Source: Alphaproteobacteria bacterium
Lineage (GTDB): Bacteria > Pseudomonadota > Alphaproteobacteria > CAAHEQ01 > UBA3637
Direction: 5' to 3'
DNA length: 49,521 nt
NCBI GenBank assembly: GCA_017457425.1
Contig: JAFTHM010000055.1
Span: forward strand, 1-49,521
In this document: positions 1 through 8,048 of the stretch, one piece after another
Layout of the letters: every line of letters starts with the position of its first letter
How positions within the stretch are numbered: position 1 is the first letter of the stretch
Notes under the pieces: generated by a model
Databases searched by the model: none
Told to the model about the DNA's origin: nothing
Seen by the model: the letters and a program-made list of their open reading frames with translations, nothing else
Position numbers and translations under genes: made by a program

Positions 1-300
1 ATTACTGGTTCCGGCCGTTGTTGTTCCTCCTTTACCCGAAGAAGAACCACGACCGGCACTCATACCGTCAGACAAAAAGTCCCGCAATTGAGTATTAGCT
101 TCGGATAACCAACTTTGGACCGTTTCTTCAACACCGCTCGAAATACGCTCAACCTGATTTTTCAAATCGGTAATGATTTGCCCACCCATTTGCAATAAAC
201 AAGGAATACCGCAAATAAAGGCATCGGCCTTTTTAACCGGTGCAATGACAACACCAACAGTCAAAGCAACCGCAGTTGTAAACAATAATACTTTCTTCAT
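1..300 (-). CDS. Secreted protein of unknown function; only the N-terminal 100 codons are in the window (gene continues past the left edge)
   Basis: ATG at 300..298, 9 nt downstream of AAGGAA. Frame is open to position 1. N-terminus MKKVLLFTTAVALTVGVVIAPVKKADA looks like a signal peptide, followed by FICGIPCLLQMGG and a Gly/Ser/Thr-rich stretch. Absent from the ORF track because there is no stop codon in the window. Confidence 0.6.
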   Translation of the reverse strand, partial: MKKVLLFTTAVALTVGVVIAPVKKADAFICGIPCLLQMGGQIITDLKNQVERISSGVEETVQSWLSEANTQLRDFLSDGMSAGRGSSSGKGGTTTAGTSN

Positions 301-320
301 GGCTGTTTTCCTTTCCCGTT

Positions 321-1769
321 TTATTTGTTGTCTTTTTTGTTATCTTTTTTATTGTCTTTTTCTTCCGGCTTATCTAACAATTTGATATCCGTATTGACAA
401 TACGTTGAATGCCTTCAAATTCCAATAACTGAATTTGCAATGCAATATCGGCCATCGCTTGTTTTGCCGTAGAAATCATAATCATTGTACTGACATTTAA
501 ATCATCAATCAAATTACATCCACTGGTCGGAGCGCTCGGAATACTCATCGCATCTTCAACCAAGTTGTGTTGTACACCAATGTTTAATGTCAACACATCT
601 GCCACCATATCAGCTAAATATTCATCTCGTTTCTTATGTATCTTTTCTTGTTCTTCGGCAGTTAAATCCTTTTCGTCCTTCACAAAGAATAAACTTTCCA
701 CATATGGTACAGCAGCATCCATCGTTTTTTTGGCGGCAGCATGCACCTTTTCCGGTTTAGCATCCAAATAATTCATTTTTAAAAAATCATATGCTTTATT
801 GGATTGTCTCGGATAAGAGGCCATCAATGCCGGACAGGAATCTATTGATGGATTCGTATCGGCATCCGGTGCCTCAGCCACCTCAGGACCTGCCGGTGTA
901 GATGGACGTGACCCGACAGCATCTAATTGTTTTTGTTTTTCGTCAGATACCTTATTATTGACAGCTGCCGTTTCGGCTTTAGCTGCTTTATCCGCTGCAT
1001 TTGATGCAATAAAACCGCCTTCCATAACCGGAATACCAACAGTTGGAGCACTCATAAAATCCGTTACGGCATCCATGGCAGCCCCCATGGATAAATTTGT
1101 GATTTGATCCCAACCAATGTACCCCAATCCCATTGTTAACAAGGATTGCGGATTATTCATCAATTCCATGGCACCAGTTAATTGAGCACCAACTTGAGAA
1201 CTTAAATTCATTACATCTGTCAGTCCGGCTCCTCCGGTTATGGCATTCAATGCATCGCTTTGAACACCGCCCAACATTGTGTCAACTTGAGAAGACAATG
1301 CCCCCATCTGATCCAACGATATATTTAACGAAGATATTGTATTTTTTAATTCGGAAATATTCCCTAGTCCAATGGCTTCTTGGGCTTTGCCGATGATATT
1401 GGAAGAACTGTCCGAAATAGCATTTCCCAACTGTGAAACTTGCTCTTGAAATTCTTGTGAAACAGCATCTTGTCCTGCCTCCAGTAAATTACCGGCCTCA
1501 TCTATGATATAGTTTTTATTCACCAATTGTTGTAATTGTTCAGGTGTCATACCCTTGTATTGATTCCCAATGGCATTAGACCATTCTTCTAAAATTTTGA
1601 CACCAGTTCCATCTGAGTAAGATTGATTTATTTCTCGTTGTATCCCTTCTAGTGTCGTCAAATTTTTTCCGCTCAAAACATTATTCACATTAATGTCTGC
1701 CGCATTTGCAATACCCGCAAAGGCAACAACTGCACAACTTGTCAATAAGAAAAATAACTGTTTATTCAT
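321..1769 (-). CDS. Secreted (possibly lipo-) protein of unknown function, 482 aa, with a C-terminal (KDNK)3 tail
   Basis: AGGAGG SD upstream of the ATG. N-terminus MNKQLFFLLTSCAVVAFAGIANA (possible LTSC lipobox or ANA/AD cleavage). A/Q/G/S-rich helical body. C-terminal module resembles those of the next three ORFs. Confidence 0.75.
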   Translation of the reverse strand: MNKQLFFLLTSCAVVAFAGIANAADINVNNVLSGKNLTTLEGIQREINQSYSDGTGVKILEEWSNAIGNQYKGMTPEQLQQLVNKNYIIDEAGNLLEAGQDAVSQEFQEQVSQLGNAISDSSSNIIGKAQEAIGLGNISELKNTISSLNISLDQMGALSSQVDTMLGGVQSDALNAITGGAGLTDVMNLSSQVGAQLTGAMELMNNPQSLLTMGLGYIGWDQITNLSMGAAMDAVTDFMSAPTVGIPVMEGGFIASNAADKAAKAETAAVNNKVSDEKQKQLDAVGSRPSTPAGPEVAEAPDADTNPSIDSCPALMASYPRQSNKAYDFLKMNYLDAKPEKVHAAAKKTMDAAVPYVESLFFVKDEKDLTAEEQEKIHKKRDEYLADMVADVLTLNIGVQHNLVEDAMSIPSAPTSGCNLIDDLNVSTMIMISTAKQAMADIALQIQLLEFEGIQRIVNTDIKLLDKPEEKDNKKDNKKDNK

Positions 1770-1781
1770 GGGACATCCTCC

Positions 1782-2531
1782 TTATTGTGCTTGATTACCT
1801 GATGAAGTGGCACCACCCGAAACATCAATGTCAGATAAATCTTTCGGTGCTTCATGCCCAATTAAAGCCTGAGCCGAAATCGTTTCTAACATCCGAGTAC
1901 GTAAGTGCATAACTTCTCCTTGTTTATGCATCATGACTAACTGTAATTTTGCCATATTATTCCACAATCCGATATGATCGGTTGCTTTAGCAACTTCCTC
2001 AGCCATCTTTTGATTATCTTCTGTCGCTTTTTCAGACGCCATAAATGACGCATTTGCCGCCGCATACCCATTTGATGTTACCCTTAACAACAATACATTT
2101 TGTTGATTGCGTGTCAATTTTTGTAATTCCGGCGTTTTAGACTTAATAAAAGCAATCTTCTTAATTTCTTCTTGAACAGCCTGAGAATCCGGCTCATCTG
2201 TTTCATTTTCCACCTTTAATACCTTCATAACATTTTCAGGTATCTCATATGGTTGATTTTCTGCCGGCGTTATTGAATTCACATCAGCTGCCTTCAATGC
2301 TTCAGACAAACTGGCTTCACTACCAATAGCCTGAGCTGTTTCAATTGTCTTTTTAACTTGTTCAGCAATTTCTTCTGCCGCTGCCTGAGCCTTCATCAAA
2401 TCCTTTACCAAGGTGATTGTTCCACCGATATCAAAGTTAATCGCGGCCCGTAGTGGCATAGCAAAACATGCCGTTCCCAACAAGGCAAGTGAAAAGACTT
2501 TTAAAAATGTTAATTTATGCGTCATGTTCAT
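1782..2531 (-). CDS. Secreted helical protein of unknown function, 249 aa
   Basis: AGGAGG SD. Signal-like KLTFLKVFSLALLGTACFAMPLRA. Only 12 nt from the downstream gene. Ends ...SSGNQAQ. Confidence 0.75.
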   Translation of the reverse strand: MNMTHKLTFLKVFSLALLGTACFAMPLRAAINFDIGGTITLVKDLMKAQAAAEEIAEQVKKTIETAQAIGSEASLSEALKAADVNSITPAENQPYEIPENVMKVLKVENETDEPDSQAVQEEIKKIAFIKSKTPELQKLTRNQQNVLLLRVTSNGYAAANASFMASEKATEDNQKMAEEVAKATDHIGLWNNMAKLQLVMMHKQGEVMHLRTRMLETISAQALIGHEAPKDLSDIDVSGGATSSGNQAQ

Positions 2532-2537
2532 ACCTCC

Positions 2538-3821
2538 TTATTGTGCTGTTTCACCTGTAGCCGGTGCTGTAGATGAACCGGACTGAGCCGTTGTATCAGT
2601 TGAGGCCGGAGCCGAACCGCCCCCCCCTAAATCTTCCTTAGACAGGACAGATGAAGTAGCGTCCCCTGTCCGTCTATTTACTTGTGTCCCAAAAGCTGTC
2701 AAATCCACAGCATAAACAGTTGAGGCATAGTTTTGAGCCTCTGCCGTCATAATGGATAGAGCCGATACCAACTGAATGGTTCCTCGTTCATCCGTTGCCT
2801 TTTCATTAAACAACTTTGTAATGGCTTCTTCTTGTTTCGGCAATCGTTGCTTTGTAACTTCTTGACGTATCCATGACATTGCCAACCCTTGAATACCCAA
2901 TTCTTTTTCAGCTTCTGTCTGCAACAACCTGATCTCTTCCAGTTGAGCCGTTGTCATTTTTAAAGCCTCTTCTTGTGTTTTAGGCAGTTGCATTTTTTCT
3001 TCAATCCGAGTACGCATTTCGGTAAACACTTTTTGTGCCTCGGCAAACTGAGCCGTAGAAGCATTACCCGTTCCATTAAACGCATCAGACCGATTCCCAT
3101 CAGGCCCCATAGACGTTGTTTGAACCGATGTGGTATTCATACCGGTACTTCCTTTTATACCCAACCCTTCCAATCCTTTTGATGGTTTGGAAGCGGCGCC
3201 TTGTTGTGTTTGTTTTGCTTTCGTCAATCCACTCAACAACCCTATAGCCTTTTTCGGATCATTTGCAATCTCTTTAATTTGACTTGCTGACAATTTGCCA
3301 CTCAACTGTTCGCCCAATAACTTTCGTAATTGGTCTTCACCCAATCCCTCTAATTTATCCAAGCCCATCTTTTTTAGCTTATCGGCATCTAAATTCATCA
3401 CATCATTTACTGACCACCCACCGATAATGTCTGTATTTAACCCCATATCTTTAAGCTTATCCAAATCAAAATCCATCAAATCTTGAGCCGACCAATCACC
3501 AACGATATTGGTTCCCAACACAGATTGTATTGTACCGTTTACTAAGCTATTTACTTTATTTTTAAATGATGTCAAATACACTTGAGGCAATTGCTGTAAA
3601 TCCGCAACCGCATTTTTAACGCCGGCTATACCATTTAACGCCGTTGTTTTTAATGTTTGTATTTCATTTAATCCCGTTTGCGCCACAGCCACGGCATTTT
3701 GTCCTTCAACCAACGCTTGTTGAACGTTTTGTTGAATGTCCGCAAACACCGGCGTCAATGCCCACACCGACGTATGAACAGCCATTAAAGGCAGAGCCAT
3801 ATATAATATCTTTTTCATCAT
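2538..3821 (-). CDS. Secreted protein of unknown function, 427 aa, with an internal tandem repeat
   Basis: GGGAGGTG SD. Signal-like MMKKILYMALPLMAVHTSVWA. Tandem GDWSAQDLMDFDLDKLKDMGL / GGWSVNDVMNLDADKLKKMGL repeat. Gly/Ser/Thr-rich tail ending ...GETAQ. Confidence 0.75.
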   Translation of the reverse strand: MMKKILYMALPLMAVHTSVWALTPVFADIQQNVQQALVEGQNAVAVAQTGLNEIQTLKTTALNGIAGVKNAVADLQQLPQVYLTSFKNKVNSLVNGTIQSVLGTNIVGDWSAQDLMDFDLDKLKDMGLNTDIIGGWSVNDVMNLDADKLKKMGLDKLEGLGEDQLRKLLGEQLSGKLSASQIKEIANDPKKAIGLLSGLTKAKQTQQGAASKPSKGLEGLGIKGSTGMNTTSVQTTSMGPDGNRSDAFNGTGNASTAQFAEAQKVFTEMRTRIEEKMQLPKTQEEALKMTTAQLEEIRLLQTEAEKELGIQGLAMSWIRQEVTKQRLPKQEEAITKLFNEKATDERGTIQLVSALSIMTAEAQNYASTVYAVDLTAFGTQVNRRTGDATSSVLSKEDLGGGGSAPASTDTTAQSGSSTAPATGETAQ

Positions 3822-3836
3822 GACACACCTCCCACT

Positions 3837-4451
3837 TTACTGTTGCGTAATATTGGATTGATGAAAACCATCCGATAATTGCATAATCGCAAACGTTGCG
3901 TTTAATCCCAAAGTTTTATTGACTTCGCCAAATTGACCTAACATGATACCGTTTAACACTTGAACATCTTCACGCAAGTTTTGAGCCGAATTCACAAATT
4001 TGAGCGCATTATCCCGCCGTTTATTAAAGTTTTCAATACCATTTTCCACCAATTTACCCAATCCCATTGCATAAGATACAGTTTGATCCATCAATGCCTT
4101 ACGATAAACGGCCATTTTTTCAATCTCCTCCATTGTCATTTCTTGTGCTTTTTTTTCATCTTTCGGAGGAAACAAAACACGTTTCAGTGTCGCAGCTGCC
4201 TTTTTAGGATCCTTAAACAACTCAGGTTTTAATCCGGCGGCCGGAATATTAATCGGAGACAATCCTAACGGAGCCAATGTATCCATACCCGTATCCAAAA
4301 TATCACCCGATGGGGAAATCATACGAGAGTGTGTTATACCTTCTACTTCACTCCATGAATACTCTAATTCTGGCATATCCGCCGCAAAAACAGGAGATAC
4401 ACCCAAAATCGGTATCAATAAAAACGTATAAAATAAAGAACGAAATTTCAT
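3837..4451 (-). CDS. Secreted protein of unknown function, about 204 aa from the internal start
   Basis: The track ORF is 3837..4532. The ATG at 4451 has AGGAGG 8 nt upstream and gives the signal-like N-terminus MKFRSLFYTFLLIPILGVSPVFA. The longer start would overlap the upstream gene. Ends ...NITQQ. Confidence 0.7.
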   Translation of the reverse strand: MKFRSLFYTFLLIPILGVSPVFAADMPELEYSWSEVEGITHSRMISPSGDILDTGMDTLAPLGLSPINIPAAGLKPELFKDPKKAAATLKRVLFPPKDEKKAQEMTMEEIEKMAVYRKALMDQTVSYAMGLGKLVENGIENFNKRRDNALKFVNSAQNLREDVQVLNGIMLGQFGEVNKTLGLNATFAIMQLSDGFHQSNITQQ

Positions 4452-4518
4452 GTCAAACCTCCTGTTTTTTTGACTTTCAGAAAGGAAACATCCTTTCCAT
4501 TGTTTTATTTTGATGTTC

Positions 4519-5922
4519 TTATGACCCACCACATCCTTGGGTAATCATTGCTTTACGTTGTGTACATCTGCTGGCAAAGGCCGTACACAACCGTTGACTG
4601 GAAAAAGCAGAAACTGCCCCACTGCAATTACCCGCAGCCAAATTTTGCCATACCGGTGTTCTGTTAGGTAAAAAGGCTTTGTTATTCCCCTTAACGGCAC
4701 CGGCACCGGCTTGGTAAGAAACATCCACAACAAATACTTGATGCAACAACGGCAAGTCCGTAAAACGTTTGCCCAATTGTTTCCAATAGTTAGCCCACAC
4801 CTTTACGTGCCCCTTACAAATTTCGTCAAACGACGCCGATTGCATTGCCTGATCCGAAATACGTCTGCCATTAAACATATTTTTCCAATGATTTCCACCA
4901 CAGGAATAATTGTAGATTTGTTTGGCTCCGGCCGGATCACTTTTCAACTTACCGCGACAGGTAACATGCAAATTATAAATTTGTCTTAAATCCGCCTCTT
5001 GCGTTTGTTTATCCAACATATTCCCTTGGGCATCTACATATTCCATAGGCATAAATGTTTGACGCATTGTTTGAAAATCTTTACCGAGCAAACTTCCCAC
5101 GCCAATTGTCGGCCAACAGACCGTATCAAGATACAACCAAGGACAAGTTCCCTCTAATTTCGGTCCGACAGCTTGCAACCAATAATTAATCGCTTGAGAA
5201 TAATCCTCGCCATTAATACTGCATTGTCCCATACGTCCGTCCATATTACCGACCGGACCGAATGAAGCGGTTAAATCCGTTTCTGCATCCAACAACCCTT
5301 CGGTTGCAGCCGTTTGAGCCTTTGACGTTCCAACAGCAGCCGCACTTTGCGCCATATTAGTCGGCATTAAAACCGGATAACCGCCACCGCCCAATCCGCT
5401 GAGCAAGCTATCCAATCCTAAATCATCAAATGCCATTCCCATAAGTTGTTTAATTTCGGGCGACATATCTTTTAAAAAACTCATCCCAACATTGCCCAAA
5501 TTTTTCAAATTCGTCAAATCAGATAATGAATTCATATTTTTAAAATTTTTAAAGATAGAGCCAATTTGTGTCACATTGGCATTTCCAAACATCTTGCCAT
5601 AACCAACTGCCACATTACCAAAATCAACAGCGCCACCTGATCCGGTTAAAATATTTGTGACACCGTCAACGGCATTAACAGCTATTTCGGCATTGGCACT
5701 AATTGAATCTGCCGTTCCCAAAGGACCGATAGATGGTGTCAAATCGATTTTATCCGTCACTCCAGCAATGCCTTCAGCTACATCAAAAACTTCCCCCGTT
5801 AACTTTCCGGCTCCGGTTTGCGCACTCGGCTTATCACCCGCCCAAACCTCTGACGCAGATAATCCGAAACATAAAGCAACAGCGCAAACGCCGGCTCCCA
5901 TTATCATTTTTAAATTTATCAT
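4519..5922 (-). CDS. Secreted two-domain protein: Gly/Asn/Ala-rich N-terminal region plus a C-terminal GH24 (T4/lambda-type) lysozyme-like muramidase domain
   Basis: AGGAGG SD. Signal-like MIMGAGVCAVALCFGLSASEVWA. The motif LEGTCPWLYLDTVCWPTIGVG matches the T4-lysozyme catalytic pattern E-G-x5-Y-x-D-x5-T-I-G-x-G with identical E-to-D (9) and D-to-T (6) spacing. The C-terminal half carries 10 Cys. Confidence 0.8.
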   Translation of the reverse strand: MINLKMIMGAGVCAVALCFGLSASEVWAGDKPSAQTGAGKLTGEVFDVAEGIAGVTDKIDLTPSIGPLGTADSISANAEIAVNAVDGVTNILTGSGGAVDFGNVAVGYGKMFGNANVTQIGSIFKNFKNMNSLSDLTNLKNLGNVGMSFLKDMSPEIKQLMGMAFDDLGLDSLLSGLGGGGYPVLMPTNMAQSAAAVGTSKAQTAATEGLLDAETDLTASFGPVGNMDGRMGQCSINGEDYSQAINYWLQAVGPKLEGTCPWLYLDTVCWPTIGVGSLLGKDFQTMRQTFMPMEYVDAQGNMLDKQTQEADLRQIYNLHVTCRGKLKSDPAGAKQIYNYSCGGNHWKNMFNGRRISDQAMQSASFDEICKGHVKVWANYWKQLGKRFTDLPLLHQVFVVDVSYQAGAGAVKGNNKAFLPNRTPVWQNLAAGNCSGAVSAFSSQRLCTAFASRCTQRKAMITQGCGGS

Positions 5923-5965
5923 GGCAACCTCCTTAAAAAATGGGTTTTCCTATTCCTTAAGTATT

Positions 5966-5993
5966 ATTATACCATCAAAACATAATCACGCAA
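5966..5993 (-). promoter_or_regulatory. Candidate sigma-70 promoter for the secreted-protein operon
   Basis: Minus strand reads TTGCGT-16 nt-TATAAT with an extended -10 (TGGTATAAT), about 40 nt upstream of the ATG at 5922. Confidence 0.4.
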
Positions 5994-6008
5994 GCGTTTT
6001 TTTATAAG

Positions 6009-6857
6009 TTAATTGTTTTTTTGACGTTTTTGTGCAATTTGTACCGTATTTTGCAACAACATTGTAACGGTCATTGGTCCCACTCCACCGGGAACAGGAG
6101 TAATCGCCGAAACATGCCCAATCATCTTATCAAATTCAACATCTCCAACGATTTTTTTATTCTTCAGCCGATTAATTCCCACATCAATAATAATGGTCCC
6201 CTTTTTCACAAAAGATTTCGTAATTAAGTTTGGTTTCCCAACGGCGACAATTAAAATATCTGCCTCACGACATACTTTTTTTAAATTCACGGTTTTTGAG
6301 TGAGCTTGTGTAACCGTACAGTTTTCATCCAACAACAATTGAGATAACGGTTTGCCCACCAATTTAGACCGACCGACAATCACCACATTTTTACCTTGCA
6401 ATATCGGACATACTGTTTTAATCAAAGCCAAACACGCCATCGGCGTACAAGGCACTAAATTCGGCGTTCCGACAAACAAATGTCCTAAATTGGCACTGGT
6501 CAAACCATCTGCATCTTTATTCGGATCAATGGCTTCAATCACGGCATCGGCATTGATATGTTTAGGCAATGGCAACTGAACCAAAATACCATCTACCTTA
6601 TCATTGGCATTCAATTCTTGAATAAAGGCAATTAAAGCTTCCTCAGTCGTTATCGGTGATAATTGAAACAATTCGGAAATAATTCCAACACGTTCGGCCA
6701 CTTGACGTTTATGACGCACATAAATTTCACTGGCTGGGTCATTACCGACTAAAATAACAGCTAAAGTCGGTGTGCGATTCATTTTAGCCACCTGTGTTTT
6801 TATTTTTTCCTGATACTCAATTGCCAAAGCCTTTCCATCAATAATCTGCGTTTCCAT
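6009..6857 (-). CDS. folD: Bifunctional methylenetetrahydrofolate dehydrogenase/cyclohydrolase
   Basis: Full-length FolD-like sequence (LAVILVGNDPASEIYVRHK, GILVQLPLP, VVIVGRSKLVGKP, PVPGGVGPMT). The ATG at 6857 has better AAGGAGA spacing than the one at 6863. Confidence 0.9.
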   Translation of the reverse strand: METQIIDGKALAIEYQEKIKTQVAKMNRTPTLAVILVGNDPASEIYVRHKRQVAERVGIISELFQLSPITTEEALIAFIQELNANDKVDGILVQLPLPKHINADAVIEAIDPNKDADGLTSANLGHLFVGTPNLVPCTPMACLALIKTVCPILQGKNVVIVGRSKLVGKPLSQLLLDENCTVTQAHSKTVNLKKVCREADILIVAVGKPNLITKSFVKKGTIIIDVGINRLKNKKIVGDVEFDKMIGHVSAITPVPGGVGPMTVTMLLQNTVQIAQKRQKNN

Positions 6858-6868
6858 TATCATTCTCC

Positions 6869-8044
6869 TTATTTATATTCAACAACGACATATCGTTTTA
6901 CTTGTCGCAATAATTTTTCAGATAGTTCATCCATTTTTTCTATTTCCAAAGCCGATTTTATCATGTCATCAGACGGCAAAACGGATTGTGTTGTTTCGCC
7001 ACATTTCATAAAAAATAAATCTCCTTCTTCTGTTTGTATCGGGCCAATCGGAGTCCCAACTTTTTGCGTTTTTAAAGAATACTTTAATTGAGGCGGTAAT
7101 TGATTTGGATCTGTCATCCCACGACGAACCGTTTCCTTAATTGCTTTTTTATTCCCAAAGTCCACAAACTCATCACATGTTGTCATTTTAAACACAGTCG
7201 GAATATACCCAACCGTTTTATTTTTTGCCGTCGCCAACTGAGCCAAATCCCAAATAGGTATTTCACCGTTTTGAGCGCCTTCTTGTTTATCCAATAACAA
7301 CACAATTAACCATCCGTTATCAACTGCCAAAGGAGCCGTCATTTCATTCAAATTCAGCTTGTCAACAACACGCATAATATGCGGGGCATAAACATCCGCC
7401 TTAACCCATCCCAGCAATCCGTTTTCTTTTGCCGACAAAGAGCGAGATTTTTGAGCAGCTACTTCGGAAAATGCTCTACCACGCCGAATATCTGTGATGA
7501 TTTTTTCTGCCTCTTGTTTTGTCGGAACAACAATTTCCGCCAACAAATACATGGGCTTTGCTAATTCTTTTTTTAGAGATGTTTTTTTATTTTGAATTTC
7601 TTTATCCGTTACAGCCTTTAACGCGTTTTTATGCTTATTTATAACCTGCATCCATAACAAATCGGACCGAACCTGATTATGAAGAGTATCTAAGCGAATA
7701 TCATCTTGTTTTAACAATTCAGCCATATACCCAGCCGACATATTATTTTGTTGTTCCAGCCGGCTGATAGCCTCCTTCACTTCGGTATCAGACACAATAA
7801 ATCCTTGCTTTTCGGCATCCTGACGTTTTATATATTCATCCACCAAAGCTTGCAAAGCCCGTTGTTCTAAATCATTTTGGCTGATATTTTGGGTTTGAGA
7901 GGGCTGCTGCAACTTCATCAACCGTACCCGTTCGGATACATCATAACCGGAAATCGGCATATCCCCCACAATGGCTTTGATTTCCGACGCATTCACACCC
8001 CATGTTGTCCCGATAATTGCTGCGGCTGTCCATATATATTTCAT
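6869..8044 (-). CDS. surA: Periplasmic chaperone / parvulin-type peptidyl-prolyl isomerase, SurA-like
   Basis: Signal peptide, SurA-like N-terminal region and one parvulin domain (LLAEIVVPTKQEAEKI...FSEVAAQKS...GLLGWV). Lies directly downstream of lptD, as in many proteobacteria. Confidence 0.7.
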   Translation of the reverse strand: MKYIWTAAAIIGTTWGVNASEIKAIVGDMPISGYDVSERVRLMKLQQPSQTQNISQNDLEQRALQALVDEYIKRQDAEKQGFIVSDTEVKEAISRLEQQNNMSAGYMAELLKQDDIRLDTLHNQVRSDLLWMQVINKHKNALKAVTDKEIQNKKTSLKKELAKPMYLLAEIVVPTKQEAEKIITDIRRGRAFSEVAAQKSRSLSAKENGLLGWVKADVYAPHIMRVVDKLNLNEMTAPLAVDNGWLIVLLLDKQEGAQNGEIPIWDLAQLATAKNKTVGYIPTVFKMTTCDEFVDFGNKKAIKETVRRGMTDPNQLPPQLKYSLKTQKVGTPIGPIQTEEGDLFFMKCGETTQSVLPSDDMIKSALEIEKMDELSEKLLRQVKRYVVVEYK

Positions 8045-8048
8045 ATCC

